Shown here: positions 1-10,553 of the stretch, one piece after another | How positions within the stretch are numbered: the stretch's first letter is position 1 | How the letters are laid out: each line of letters begins with the position of its first letter | Source: an uncultured Verrucomicrobiota bacterium | GTDB lineage: Bacteria > Verrucomicrobiota > Verrucomicrobiia > Limisphaerales > AAA164-E04 | Direction of reading: 5' to 3' | NCBI GenBank assembly: GCA_964342405.1 | Contig: CAYFGX010000002.1 | Coordinates: 209,969 to 273,968 of the forward strand | DNA length: 64,000 nt | The notes under the pieces: generated by a model | What the model was told of the DNA's origin: nothing | The model's database searches: none | Seen by the model: only the letters and a program-made list of their open reading frames with translations | Program-made: the position numbers and the translations under genes

Positions 1-734
1 TCAAACCCCAAACCCACACCGTTGTCCCTCCAGAAGGTCCGCTGGACTGGCTACCGCTTCTGGCCATGATTGGAACAACCTTCTCCGTGGGCGGAGCATT
101 TTATCAGGCTTACCTGGTTCGCGAGAAAGGGTGGCTGTTGGGTGAAATCCGACGCGTGCAAACCGATTCAATCGTCAGCATTTCCACTCTCGGTTTGATC
201 ACCTGTGTGATTCTGCTCACCTCGTGGCGTGTTTTCTACGGACACGCTGAACCCGTCACGCTAGCCTCCGTCGGCGATGTTGCCCGACAACTGGAGCCTG
301 TGTTCGGCTCAGCCGCCAAAATCATTTTCTGTGTTGGGATTCTGGCCGGAGCTCTCAGTTCTTTTCTCGTGAACGCTCTTATTGGGGGAACGGTGATGTC
401 AGATGCCCTTGGCAAAGGAGCCCGGCTCGAAGATCGATGGCCGGTTCATCTCACCACCGCTGCCTTGCTCGTAGGGATGCTCGTCGCCATCGCTTCGCTG
501 GCCAAGGAAGGGAGCACGGTCCACCTGATCACACTCGCCCAAGCCCTGACCGTTCTCGGAATCCCCGCCTTGGCCGCCGCGTTGATCTACCTGGGAACAC
601 GCCCTGAGCTAGAAGGGAAACGCGCGATCCCCAAGACCATACTCGCTCTGGCCAGCATTGGCTTCATCGTCTCATGTGTCCTTGCCTGTTTGACCGCGGC
701 TAAAGTCTGGCAAAAAATTGGTGCGATCGGATGA
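1..734 (+). CDS. NRAMP-family divalent metal cation transporter, C-terminal part (5' end outside the window)
   Basis: Frame 3 is open from base 3 to the TGA at 732-734, so the listed Met at 66 is internal. The translation is a series of hydrophobic helices (IGTTFSVGGAFYQAYLVREKGW, GILAGALSSFLVNALIGGTVMSD) resembling the C-terminal half of Nramp/MntH transporters. Confidence 0.6.
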   Translation, partial: KPQTHTVVPPEGPLDWLPLLAMIGTTFSVGGAFYQAYLVREKGWLLGEIRRVQTDSIVSISTLGLITCVILLTSWRVFYGHAEPVTLASVGDVARQLEPVFGSAAKIIFCVGILAGALSSFLVNALIGGTVMSDALGKGARLEDRWPVHLTTAALLVGMLVAIASLAKEGSTVHLITLAQALTVLGIPALAAALIYLGTRPELEGKRAIPKTILALASIGFIVSCVLACLTAAKVWQKIGAIG

Positions 735-793
735 GCTTCGATCCAGCATTAAAACATTCAACAGAAGCTCCGACCCCATCTTCAAATCAGTTC

Positions 794-3439
794 ATGAAAA
801 CGGTCTCGCTACTTGCTCTCTTCCACCTTTCCTTGGTCCTCGTTACCGCTTCAACCCCACCTGCATTTCGCTTTCAGATCGAGGTATTGACCAGCGGGAT
901 GCCACGTCCGATGGAACTGGAAGTGGCACCTGATGGCCGGATCTTCTATAACGACCACTACGGCACGCTGAACGTTTATCTCCCTAAAACGAAAGAGACG
1001 GTCGAAGCAGGCAAACTGGATGTCTTCCTGGAACAAGAAAATGGTTTTCTAGGCTTCGCCCTGGATCCGAACTTTGCCGAGAACCAATGGATCTATCTCT
1101 TTTACTCGCCCACCGACTACGTGGGTCAGCGGCTCAGCCGTTTTACCCTGAACGGAAACCGTCTGGTGGCTGATTCAGAAACCGTCATTCTCGAGTTTCC
1201 CGAGCAACGTCGCCGCTGCTGTCACCACGCAGGAAGTGTCGAGTTCGCTCCAGATGGTTGTTTGTTAATTTCCACAGGAGACAACACCGACCCGGGCGCA
1301 GACACACGAGGCTATGCACCCATCGATGAACGCCCCGATCACGGCCCAATCGATGCTCAGAAATCTTCTGCCAATACGAACGACCTCAGAGGCAAGATCC
1401 TTCGCATCCGGCCCCAGAGCGACGGAACTTATACCATTCCCGAAGGCAACCTCTTTCCCTCAGACGGCTCGGCTGGACGACCCGAGATCTTCGTGATGGG
1501 TTGTCGCAATCCTTGGAGAATGAGCGTCGACGAAGAAACCGGAATCGTCTACTGGGGGGACGTAGGGCCCGACGCCGGGAATACCAGCCCGAGAGGCACC
1601 CGCGGCTACGACGAGCTCAATCAGGCCAAGAGAGCAGGCAATTACGGATGGCCTTACTTTGTGGGCAACAACTTTCCCTACGCAAACTACGACTACGCGA
1701 CTGGCGAGATTGGTGAGCTCTTTGATCCGCTCAAACCGGAGAATGAAAGCCCAAACAACACTGGCGCCCGCTTCCTACCGCCAGCCCAACCCGCAATGAT
1801 TTTCTGGCCTTACGCCGATTCCCCCGAATTCCCAATGCTAGGATCTGGGGGGCGAACGGCCTGTGCCGGGCCCGTGTTTCACTATCGGGCTGCTTTCGCT
1901 GACACGAACGGATTCCCAGAACACTTCGACAAGTGCCTCCTCTTCTGGGATTGGCAACGGCCCTTCATGCATTGGGCCCGTTTCGACGACAACAACAACC
2001 TGCGAAGCATCGAGGACTTCACAGAAGCTGTCTACCTGGCCAATGAAAGGAACGCCCCGAACTTCCAAGGAGCCGACGATCCGTTCTTGATCCAGCGACC
2101 TGTCGACGCAGATTTCGGTCCGGACGGTTGCCTTTATCTCTTGGACTACGGAAAAACCTGGGGACCCAATCCTGATTCCCAGCTCCTCAAGATTTCCTAC
2201 CTCCGGGGCAACCTACCTCCTGTGGCCAGAATCCATGCCGAGCCTACCGTCGGGAAAGAGCCCTTGGAAGTGCGGCTCAGTGCAGAGGGCTCTCGAGATC
2301 CAGAGAGCGAGGCGCTGGCCTATACCTGGACTCTCCATCCCGGAGGGAAGCCTCTGGGCGATCAGGATGAAATCCAGATTCGCCTTGCCGAACCGGGCAA
2401 TTACGTCGCGTCCCTTCAAGTTCAGGACTCGAGCGGGGCGAGCACGACTTCTACACTTCCGATCGTCGTGGGAAACAGTCGACCCCGCGTTGAATTCCGC
2501 TCTCCTTTGGACGGAGACTTCTACACGCCAGGTGAAACCCTGTCCTACGAGCTGTTAATCAATGACCCGGAGGATGGAAGTTCCGATGACTACGATGAGT
2601 TGATGGAAGGACGAACCTTCCTTCAGGCCCAGTTCAAGCAGCAGCTAGACGAAGTCGAGATCGTGCCTCCGGGACTTGCCATGATGAGATCTAGCGATTG
2701 CTTCAACTGTCACGCCGTCACGCAGAAAGTCGTCGGACCGCCCCTCATGGAAATTGCGGAAAAGTATCGCGATCAAGCCGGCGCTCTCGCCCTCTCAGTT
2801 CAACGCGTCATCAACGGATCAACAGGCGTCTGGGGCGAAGTTCCGATGTTGCCCCACAGCCAACACTCGGAACAGCAAATCGAGCAGATGGTGCGATGGA
2901 TCTATTCTCTTGAACCAGAGACTACAAACGGAACGACCCTCCGCGGTTTGTTCGGCGAGATCGCCATTCCTGAGAAGCCCGAAAGCCGTTACGCAGTCCT
3001 GACTGCAAGCTATACTGATCTGGGGAGAGCACCCGCAGCTTCATTGGTTGGTGAGACGGAGATTACGCTCCGCCACCGACAGCTTGAGGCTGAACAGTGC
3101 GATGCTTTCACCGGATTGAATAAAGAGCGTTCCAATCTCGGGTCCATCAGTCATGGATCGACTGCTAGCTTCTTCAATCTCAACCTTTCTGACACTCACA
3201 AGATCTGGGTCCAAGTCTCGTCGGGCGGGGCAGGGGGGACTCTTGAGGTCAGACAAGATTCCATGTCTGGCAAGATGCTGGCTGCCTTCAAAGTCCGAAA
3301 CACAGGAGGCTGGAACAATCAGATTCAGCTCTCTGCTGCCATCGAGCCGATCCAAGAGAGAACCGACATCGTGCTCGTCTTCCGAAACCCTGGGAAAGGG
3401 GGACTGATGAACATCGACTGGATCCGATTCGAGCAGTAG
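794..3439 (+). CDS. Secreted multidomain protein: PQQ-dependent sugar (glucose/sorbosone) dehydrogenase-like beta-propeller + PKD-like domain + class-I cytochrome c + C-terminal carbohydrate-binding (CBM6-like) module
   Basis: Signal peptide [20 protein letters not shown] from ATG 794. The ORF is also open from ATG 731, which overlaps the upstream stop as ATGA. Propeller motifs [37 protein letters not shown]-like segment [20 protein letters not shown]. Heme-binding CFNCH within [26 protein letters not shown]-terminus NIDWIRFE is typical of CBM6-type modules. Confidence 0.75.
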   Translation: MKTVSLLALFHLSLVLVTASTPPAFRFQIEVLTSGMPRPMELEVAPDGRIFYNDHYGTLNVYLPKTKETVEAGKLDVFLEQENGFLGFALDPNFAENQWIYLFYSPTDYVGQRLSRFTLNGNRLVADSETVILEFPEQRRRCCHHAGSVEFAPDGCLLISTGDNTDPGADTRGYAPIDERPDHGPIDAQKSSANTNDLRGKILRIRPQSDGTYTIPEGNLFPSDGSAGRPEIFVMGCRNPWRMSVDEETGIVYWGDVGPDAGNTSPRGTRGYDELNQAKRAGNYGWPYFVGNNFPYANYDYATGEIGELFDPLKPENESPNNTGARFLPPAQPAMIFWPYADSPEFPMLGSGGRTACAGPVFHYRAAFADTNGFPEHFDKCLLFWDWQRPFMHWARFDDNNNLRSIEDFTEAVYLANERNAPNFQGADDPFLIQRPVDADFGPDGCLYLLDYGKTWGPNPDSQLLKISYLRGNLPPVARIHAEPTVGKEPLEVRLSAEGSRDPESEALAYTWTLHPGGKPLGDQDEIQIRLAEPGNYVASLQVQDSSGASTTSTLPIVVGNSRPRVEFRSPLDGDFYTPGETLSYELLINDPEDGSSDDYDELMEGRTFLQAQFKQQLDEVEIVPPGLAMMRSSDCFNCHAVTQKVVGPPLMEIAEKYRDQAGALALSVQRVINGSTGVWGEVPMLPHSQHSEQQIEQMVRWIYSLEPETTNGTTLRGLFGEIAIPEKPESRYAVLTASYTDLGRAPAASLVGETEITLRHRQLEAEQCDAFTGLNKERSNLGSISHGSTASFFNLNLSDTHKIWVQVSSGGAGGTLEVRQDSMSGKMLAAFKVRNTGGWNNQIQLSAAIEPIQERTDIVLVFRNPGKGGLMNIDWIRFEQ

Positions 3440-3548
3440 ACAGTTCGTAGATTCCCGTGAGTGGCTTCGCCTCCGATTCGAGGGCGCTAAGGTCTCTACC
3501 AAAGAAGAATCGACAAGTTCAACCAATCTCCTAACATCTCCCTCAATC

Positions 3549-4316
3549 ATGAAACTCCCTAAGAGCCGTCTTTCTACGCCGAATCGCTTGGCAGGGTTTA
3601 CCTTGATCGAACTCCTGGTCGTGATCGCGATCATTGCGATTCTCGCGGGCATGTTACTACCGGCCCTCTCCAAAGCAAAAGAGAGAGCCAAACGCACGAG
3701 TTGTATCAACAACATCAAGCAGCTCACTCTCGGGGTGATCATGTACTCAGATGATCATGACGGTTGGTTCCAAGCAGACGGCAACGTCAATCCGCACTGG
3801 TTCTCGATCACCTTCCGAAATACCTATCACGAGCAATACTCCGTGCCCCGCAGCTCATTCTACTGTCCGTCAAACAAGCACTGGGGACGCGACGATTTTT
3901 GGACTTGGCCGGATGGTCGATCGAGCGTGTTCGGCTATGTCTATTATGCGGGTAATGAAGACTACAATTCGAACCTCAGCTACTACCCAGATCGAAGTAT
4001 CTTCGATGGGCCACAGATCTTCGCCATGAAGAACACGGACAACCCGCACTACAAAGTCCTGTGGACGGATATCAACCGGAAGCTCAATGGTGATTGGAAA
4101 CGCCCAGGAGATCCTGATCCTCTAACGCGGGGCGTGAATCACTTCAACAAGCAAGGAGACGCTCCGGACGGCTCCAATGAAGGCTATCTTGATGGACACG
4201 TGGAATGGGCGAACGCCAACAAATTCATCCATCGACAGAAAATTACGATCGGCGGTACTCAGCACCATTTCTACGGCGGAGCCGACAACGAAATCGCAAC
4301 CCCACGAGGCCGCTAA
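3549..4316 (+). CDS. Prepilin-type N-terminal cleavage/methylation domain protein (type II secretion pseudopilin-like, DUF1559/H-X9-DG-type)
   Basis: N-terminus [33 protein letters not shown] is the canonical prepilin methylation motif plus hydrophobic helix. C-terminal GYLDGHVEW resembles the H-X9-DG family signature. Confidence 0.8.
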   Translation: MKLPKSRLSTPNRLAGFTLIELLVVIAIIAILAGMLLPALSKAKERAKRTSCINNIKQLTLGVIMYSDDHDGWFQADGNVNPHWFSITFRNTYHEQYSVPRSSFYCPSNKHWGRDDFWTWPDGRSSVFGYVYYAGNEDYNSNLSYYPDRSIFDGPQIFAMKNTDNPHYKVLWTDINRKLNGDWKRPGDPDPLTRGVNHFNKQGDAPDGSNEGYLDGHVEWANANKFIHRQKITIGGTQHHFYGGADNEIATPRGR

Positions 4317-5779
4317 GCCAACAGCTCCTTCACAACCCGCGCCTCATCGTTTTCGACTAACCTCAGTTCCCGAGGTCCGACTCGAAAACTCAGCTCCCGG
4401 TGGTTGAGTCCGAAGCGATTCAGCACCGTTGCCAGCCAATCATAGTGGTGGACGATTCCATCCACGGCGTAATGTGAAAATTCATCGGTCGCACCGTGCA
4501 CATGGCCGCTCTTAAATCCACCACCCGCGACCCACATACTGAATCCATATGTATTGTGATCCCGTCCCACCTTATCTCGCTTCGTCAAGCCCTCTCGAAA
4601 TTGAATAACCGGCAAGCGGCCCATCTCGCCCCCCCAATGAACAATCGTCGAGTCTAGGAGCCCTCGCTGTTTCAGGTCGCGCACCAGAGCAGCCGCTGGC
4701 TGATCAATTTCCCGGCAGCGATCCGGCAAGGCTTTCAGAATGGATCCATGATGATCCCAAGACTGACCATTGCAGAAAATCTGCACAAAACGAACACCAC
4801 GCTCCACCAGACGCCGCGCAATCAAACAACGCGTTCCGTAGCTACGGGTTACTTTCTGGTCGATGCCATACATTCGTTTCGTCGCTTCCGATTCCTTTGA
4901 AAGGTCAAAGGCTTCCTTTGCTGCCAACTGCATTCGGGCGGCCAGGCCATAGCTCGACAGCCGCGCAGCCAGGTCGTTCTCGCCGGGATGTTCATCGAGA
5001 TGGGCTTGGTTGAATCGGTTCAAGAACTCTAACTGAGAATTCTGCGCCGCACCGCGAAGATGGGGTGGCGCATCCAAGTTGAAGATCCTGGGCTCACTCG
5101 GGCGGACCATAGTTCCCTGAAAGATCGAAGGAAGTTTGCCGTTATTCCAATTCTCTTTCGCAATCAGCGGGAGCCCTCTCGGATCCGTGAGGGCTACATA
5201 GGCTGGTAGATCCTGTGTTTCGCTACCCAATGCTTTCAACAACCAGCTTCCGAGAACCGGCCGTCCCCTCACAGGCTGCCCAGTGTTGAGCGCAAAGTTC
5301 GCCGGCAGATGATTGTTTGCAGCCGAATGCATGGAACGAATCAGCGTGATCTCATCGGCAATCTGACCAAGGTGGGGAACGAGCTCTGACAACTCCATCC
5401 CACATTGCCCATGCCGATTGAACTTCCAAGCGGGCCCCATGATCTCTCGACTGGCCTGGGCGGCGTTGTCGAATTTTAAGTTTCCAGTGAAAGTCTGTCC
5501 GTTCCGCTTGATCAGTTCTGGCTTGGGATCAAAGAGATCAATCTGACTCGGCCCCCCCAGCATGAACATCGAGATCATGGCCTTAGCCTGCTGGGGATAA
5601 GGCGGTGCCTTCGGAAGCAGGTCATAGGTCTTCTCTTCCAACTCGGGCTTGATCGGATTCGTACCCTTGTCGGCAGCCAGAAGGCCATCCTTTTTGAGAA
5701 GCAAGGACGCCGCGACAGACCCCAAACCAAAGGCAGAGGATCGGAGCATGTGGCGCCTAGAACAGATCAATGGATTCAT
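4313..5779 (-). CDS. DUF1501 domain-containing protein (sulfatase-fold, Tat-signal periplasmic protein)
   Basis: Tat-like N-terminus [18 protein letters not shown]. The conserved blocks [21 protein letters not shown] and GGEMGRLP are typical of DUF1501. It lies immediately downstream of a PSD1/DUF1553 gene, the standard pairing. Confidence 0.85.
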   Translation of the reverse strand: MNPLICSRRHMLRSSAFGLGSVAASLLLKKDGLLAADKGTNPIKPELEEKTYDLLPKAPPYPQQAKAMISMFMLGGPSQIDLFDPKPELIKRNGQTFTGNLKFDNAAQASREIMGPAWKFNRHGQCGMELSELVPHLGQIADEITLIRSMHSAANNHLPANFALNTGQPVRGRPVLGSWLLKALGSETQDLPAYVALTDPRGLPLIAKENWNNGKLPSIFQGTMVRPSEPRIFNLDAPPHLRGAAQNSQLEFLNRFNQAHLDEHPGENDLAARLSSYGLAARMQLAAKEAFDLSKESEATKRMYGIDQKVTRSYGTRCLIARRLVERGVRFVQIFCNGQSWDHHGSILKALPDRCREIDQPAAALVRDLKQRGLLDSTIVHWGGEMGRLPVIQFREGLTKRDKVGRDHNTYGFSMWVAGGGFKSGHVHGATDEFSHYAVDGIVHHYDWLATVLNRFGLNHRELSFRVGPRELRLVENDEARVVKELLA

Positions 5780-5797
5780 ACGTTTGCGTTCTCCTGA

Positions 5798-8416
5798 CTA
5801 ATCAACATAGAGGAATCGGTTAGAGGCTAAGAGTGTCTGGCAGAGTGTCGCAAGGGCATTCGAACCACTTTCTGGATTCGCCGTATGCTGAGCCTGAAGA
5901 CGACGCTGTTCACGAATGAAAGCCAAACAGGACTCTCGTTCTTCAGGGCTCGGAGGACGGGCAAACAAGGAAACGAACAAGGCGTCGATCTGTTGCTCCT
6001 CAGATTCAAAACCAGCCTTTAAGCGTTTGGCCAAAGCCGCCCCACGTCCAACCATGAGTGAATCGTTCAAGAACCACAAAGCCTGAGTGGCTACCGTCGT
6101 GGGTCTCCGGAGGTCGCAGTTGGGAGTCATCACGGGAAGATCAAAAGTCGAGAGCATGTTCAGGGGCAGGCTTCGATTGACTTCAATGTACGCACTCCGT
6201 CGAAAGGCATCCGGGTGGTTCTCATCTGCCCCAACGGGAATCCCGTCTCGAATCTTCTGAACACCAATGACGACTTTGCCTTCGCCGTTCTGTGTCACTG
6301 GCGTACTGGGTCCTTCAAGCTGATCATTCAATTGATCCGTCACGGCCAAGATCGCATCCCGAATGGACTCCGCCTCCAATCGTCGGAGATTCGCCCGACC
6401 CAGCAGCCGATTATCCGGATCGACCGCATCCAGAGCGGCAGTACGTTTGGAATTCTGACGATAGGTTCTTGAAAGCATCATCATTCGGTGAAGCCGCTTC
6501 TGATCCCATCCATGCCGCACAAGGTCTGTTGCCAACCAGTCCAATAGACCTGGATGAGAAGGCGTATCACCAGATCGGCCAAAGTCATTGGGCGTCGCCA
6601 CCAAACCTTGTCCAAAATGATGAAGCCACAGCCGGTTCACAAACACCCGCGCCAGGAGCGGATGCTGACCATCCGTCAACTGTCGCGCATACGCCAGTCG
6701 CCGACCCGTTGTGGGTAGATCGACCTCATTGTCCGGAATCGCTACCTCCCGACCCAGCCGCGTCAGCACCTTCAGTTCACCGGGAAGCACCTCCTCCTTC
6801 GGCGATGTAGGATTACCGCGAAAGAAGACCTGACTCACCGGCACGATACCCGGTCGCTCTTGCGTGCTCATCACCTTGGTTAACGCCGGCTTGGTGGCTC
6901 GGACAGCAGCGATCTTCTGTTGTTCCTTCTCAAACTCCCGGTAGGCGGGCATGTCGTACTCGACGAGCAGACCGATAATGAAGTTCACCGGTTTGACCAT
7001 GGGATAACGATCCAGCAACTCTCGCTGCCTCTCCGTGCGTTCGTTGCTCGCCGTCAACACGGCTTGGCGCGTTTCATCTCGAAGTGCTTCTGGAACATCC
7101 GCCAACTTGAGCTCTTGAATCTTTCCTCCCAGAGCCTGCCGGCGTTTATTGAGGTCCGCCTCCATTTCCTTTGCAATCGCTTCGATCCGATCCGCCTCGG
7201 CCTGGATTTCCGGAGGCGTCATATCCACCAAGCGTGAGCTCGGTTGTTGCCACTGCTTGAGGGGAAAAACCGGATCAAAGACCGCCCGAAACCGATAGTA
7301 ATCATCGATCCCAATCGGATCGTACTTGTGGTCATGACACTGCGCGCAACCCACACTCAGGCCCAACATCGAAGAGCTCACCACCTGAATCGCCGAGGCG
7401 GCCGCCATGTTCCGGTCAGCCAAGGTGTTACTCGACTGCGTAGGATCCGGAGCCATGCGAAGAAATCCCGTGGCGGTCAAGAGCTCCAGTTGCCGCTGGT
7501 TGTAGGGATCAAGGGGTGATTGAATCAGCTCATCCCCCGCAAGCTGTTCCAAGACAAAACGGTCGATGGGTTTGTTATCATTGAATGAGCGAATGACATA
7601 ATCTCGGTACCGCCAAGCATGGGCTCGTTTGGGATCACGATCCACTCCTCCGTCCGATTCCGCATATCCAGCGACATCTAGCCAATGGCGTCCCCAGCGC
7701 ACCCCAAATTGAGGAGAGGCAAGGAGTCGATCCACCAGCCGCGGATAAGCGTCCGCACGCGGATCATTGACAAAGGCCTCCACCTCGTCCGGGCTAGGGG
7801 GCAAACCAATCAGATCAAAAGTGACTCGTCGGATCAGGGTGGCGCGGTCTGCTTCTGGAGAAAAATCCAATCCCTTTTCAACCAAACGTCTCGCGATGAA
7901 GGCATCAATCGGCGTGTCAGAGGGCACCCCAGGGACAATCGGAATGTGGGTTTCCTGAACGGGTTGAAAGGCCCAATGACTGAGTTCTTCGAGCGTGAAG
8001 CGGGCATCCTCGACGTTTTCAGGCTCAGGCCGAGCGGTCGGAGCACCCGCCTCAATCCAGAGCCGAATGATCTCCTTCTCTTCAGGTGAGAGCTTCTTAT
8101 CTCCTTTCGGCATTTCATCCGCTTCGATCTGTTGCCAAAGGAGACTCGACGCAACATCACGCCGCACGAGGGCCGATCCGGAATCGCCCCCTTCCAACAT
8201 CAAACGAACCAAGCGAACATCGAGCCCGCCCTTGGTTTCACCGTCCTCACCATGACAATGAAAACAGGCAATCTTAAGAATCGGGCGAACATCCGCTTCA
8301 AAGGTGAGCGATTGGGCGAAGCCGAAGTGGGACGCGAGTGTCAGGAGCACAAGCACCGCCCAGACACTTCGACATCGAGAGTCTAAGTATGGATGATAAT
8401 ATCGCATCATTGCCAA
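5798..8416 (-). CDS. PSCyt1/DUF1549 (PSCyt2)/DUF1553 (PSD1) domain-containing protein
   Basis: N-terminal planctomycete-type cytochrome-c motif CFHCHGEDGETKGGLDVR. DUF1549-like block IDAFIARRLVEKGLDFSPEADRATLIRRVTFDLIGLPPSPDEVEAF. CAQCHDHKYDP block. DUF1553-like block LLARVFVNRLWLHHFGQGLV. Confidence 0.85.
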   Translation of the reverse strand: MAMMRYYHPYLDSRCRSVWAVLVLLTLASHFGFAQSLTFEADVRPILKIACFHCHGEDGETKGGLDVRLVRLMLEGGDSGSALVRRDVASSLLWQQIEADEMPKGDKKLSPEEKEIIRLWIEAGAPTARPEPENVEDARFTLEELSHWAFQPVQETHIPIVPGVPSDTPIDAFIARRLVEKGLDFSPEADRATLIRRVTFDLIGLPPSPDEVEAFVNDPRADAYPRLVDRLLASPQFGVRWGRHWLDVAGYAESDGGVDRDPKRAHAWRYRDYVIRSFNDNKPIDRFVLEQLAGDELIQSPLDPYNQRQLELLTATGFLRMAPDPTQSSNTLADRNMAAASAIQVVSSSMLGLSVGCAQCHDHKYDPIGIDDYYRFRAVFDPVFPLKQWQQPSSRLVDMTPPEIQAEADRIEAIAKEMEADLNKRRQALGGKIQELKLADVPEALRDETRQAVLTASNERTERQRELLDRYPMVKPVNFIIGLLVEYDMPAYREFEKEQQKIAAVRATKPALTKVMSTQERPGIVPVSQVFFRGNPTSPKEEVLPGELKVLTRLGREVAIPDNEVDLPTTGRRLAYARQLTDGQHPLLARVFVNRLWLHHFGQGLVATPNDFGRSGDTPSHPGLLDWLATDLVRHGWDQKRLHRMMMLSRTYRQNSKRTAALDAVDPDNRLLGRANLRRLEAESIRDAILAVTDQLNDQLEGPSTPVTQNGEGKVVIGVQKIRDGIPVGADENHPDAFRRSAYIEVNRSLPLNMLSTFDLPVMTPNCDLRRPTTVATQALWFLNDSLMVGRGAALAKRLKAGFESEEQQIDALFVSLFARPPSPEERESCLAFIREQRRLQAQHTANPESGSNALATLCQTLLASNRFLYVD

Positions 8417-8528
8417 ATATCCAACCGGTGATCCTCACGATCATACTCAGAACCATCTGATCTTCAAGATCAGGAACTAGCTTCCCGAATTTGGGGCGGG
8501 TCGTGATCGCAAGCCGGTTCTCCCAATC

Positions 8529-9686
8529 TCAATCCCCGGATACCAAGCTATTCTCAAGAAAGATGTGTTCTTTCTCTACGCTCCAAGGTTTGAAAACGAT
8601 ATCAACGTCTCCATCCCGATCCACATCTCCAGCCACCGCTTCGTGACAATGCTTTTCGGCAACCAGATGTTCTTTCCAAGTTAGAATCAGATCCCCATCA
8701 GAAGTCTCTCGTCGCTGCTCCCAGATGAAACATTGAAACGCCCGACCTTTGGTGAGAGGTCCGCCCCCGGAGAAAACATCCAGATCGCCATCATTGTCGA
8801 AGTCCGCCACAGCGAGCGAGTGGAAGTCCTGATGATCGCCCGCCTCTTTGATGATGTGCCGCTCCCAATTTCCGTTTCCATCGTTTTCAAACCAAGCGAC
8901 TCGTCCATCCGGATGATCCGCTTCCGACTGAATCACGTCGACATCGCCATCCCCATCGAGATCTCCGACCCAGGTTTTAACTGCCAAGCCGTAACGATGG
9001 TGTGAGCCGAAGTAAAGATTGTGGTGCGCTTGCCAATGCAGGCCTCGCCCGTCGGTGTTTTCGTACCACGCCTGCCCTGTGATCACATCGAGATCACCGT
9101 CGCCATCCACATCTCCAAAACCTTTTGGGGAAATTCCCCCGTGAATCTGGTGGTGCCGTCTGAGTGCAATCTCGTGCCGCTTCCAATCATCCTCGGGGTC
9201 GATCGGAACCGAATACCAAAAGAGCCCCGACTTATCAGAGTTCGCGATCACATCCGCTTGGCCGTCGCCATCCACGTCAGCGAAGACCGTGTCGTGAGAA
9301 TACAAAGTTCCCACGTTGATTTTCTTAAAGGCTTCAGATCGCGGCTGTCCCGAGTTGAGCAGCAGAACGCTACCGGCTAGAAAATCGACCCAAGCATCCC
9401 CGTTGACATCATGGGCTGCACCTCCCACATCCGTGTGCCCTTTTCCAATCTCGTGACGCCGCCAGCTATTTGACCCTTGAAATTCCCACCACCAGACGCG
9501 ACTCCCGCCATGGTCAGCCTCCCCGCAGATATAGTCGAGATCGCCGTCACGATCCACATCGACCAAGGCGGTTTGACCGAGCTTGTTGCCGATTCGGTCG
9601 ATCACGGTCAAGGTAAACTGGGGAAATGGCTCTCCATGAAGGAGCGGCACCCCAATGAGAACAAGAAGAAATCGAGCCACTTTCAT
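8529..9686 (-). CDS. FG-GAP/VCBS-repeat beta-propeller protein, secreted
   Basis: About seven repeats of the form D(V/L)DGDGD(L/V)D(V/I)..., e.g. VDRDGDLDYICGE, VDGDGQADVIANS, DVDGDGDLDVITGQAWYEN, DLDGDGDVDVIQSE, ADFDNDGDLDVFSGG, GDVDRDGDVDIVF. Signal peptide MKVARFLLVLIGVPLLHG from ATG 9686. The ORF is open to 9710. Confidence 0.75.
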   Translation of the reverse strand: MKVARFLLVLIGVPLLHGEPFPQFTLTVIDRIGNKLGQTALVDVDRDGDLDYICGEADHGGSRVWWWEFQGSNSWRRHEIGKGHTDVGGAAHDVNGDAWVDFLAGSVLLLNSGQPRSEAFKKINVGTLYSHDTVFADVDGDGQADVIANSDKSGLFWYSVPIDPEDDWKRHEIALRRHHQIHGGISPKGFGDVDGDGDLDVITGQAWYENTDGRGLHWQAHHNLYFGSHHRYGLAVKTWVGDLDGDGDVDVIQSEADHPDGRVAWFENDGNGNWERHIIKEAGDHQDFHSLAVADFDNDGDLDVFSGGGPLTKGRAFQCFIWEQRRETSDGDLILTWKEHLVAEKHCHEAVAGDVDRDGDVDIVFKPWSVEKEHIFLENSLVSGD

Positions 9687-9785
9687 GAAGCCACTATCGC
9701 ACATTGCCATTCGATGTCATGGTTGAATCGTCATCCTCTTGCGGTTAGGGAACGATTCAACACGACTCACCGACGAGCGATTCGA

Positions 9786-10553
9786 CTAGGAGAGGACGTC
9801 CACCAAATATCGGAGTTCATCTCGAAGATCTTCTTCACTATTGACGGTTTGCGCGATCTCCCCGCTCACGGCCTCCCGAAATCGTTTCCGGAGTCGGTGA
9901 ATCGCCACCTTCAGCGCCCCTTCAGTCATTTGAAGTTTCTCGAGTGCTTGGGTCTGCGACAATCCTGAGGCACCTGGCAACCAATGCTTTAGAATCTCGA
10001 ACTGTTCTCCCCTACCGGAACCCTCAGCTTCTACCCGAAGATGATTCAACGATCGCCTAAGAACAGTGACAGCCCATTCGCGATCAAATCTTTTATCGAG
10101 CAAATCCTCGCTACTGTCGGCGAGTTCCAGAACGGGCGATGTCTCACTTGGAGCCTCCATGGGGACAGGAGAGACGCCGCCACCTCTTTTTTCCGCACGT
10201 TCGTAGTCCCTTTGATCGGCTAGGAAATGTTTCACCGCTCCAAGGAGATACGATCGAAAGCGTGTCAGCCGACGCTCCGCTCGGTGAACTCCATTCGATT
10301 GCAAGAATTTGGCAAAGAATGCCTGCGTCAAGTCAGCCGCTTCCGACACATCCTTACGTTGACGAATAAAGGCTTCAACGGGCTTATAATACTGCTCACA
10401 AAGTTCCGCTAAAGCCACCCGCGATTCCGAATCTTTCCCTTGTGCTTGTTGAATCCGAGTCCAACGAGTTGTTGAGAAGGCAATCGTTTTTCTTTCGGAA
10501 TCTTCAGGGCGAGTGGAAGGAGAAGACATTAGGGTTGGAAAGGTTGAATTCAA
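9786..10553 (-). CDS. ECF-type RNA polymerase sigma-70 family factor
   Basis: Region-2-like DLTQAFFAKFL..FRSYLLGAVKHFLADQRD and region-4 HTH LSQTQALEKLQMTEGALKVAIHRLRKRFREAV. The start is either TTG 10553 (TTGA overlap with the kinase stop) or ATG 10529. Confidence 0.75.
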   Translation of the reverse strand: MNSTFPTLMSSPSTRPEDSERKTIAFSTTRWTRIQQAQGKDSESRVALAELCEQYYKPVEAFIRQRKDVSEAADLTQAFFAKFLQSNGVHRAERRLTRFRSYLLGAVKHFLADQRDYERAEKRGGGVSPVPMEAPSETSPVLELADSSEDLLDKRFDREWAVTVLRRSLNHLRVEAEGSGRGEQFEILKHWLPGASGLSQTQALEKLQMTEGALKVAIHRLRKRFREAVSGEIAQTVNSEEDLRDELRYLVDVLS

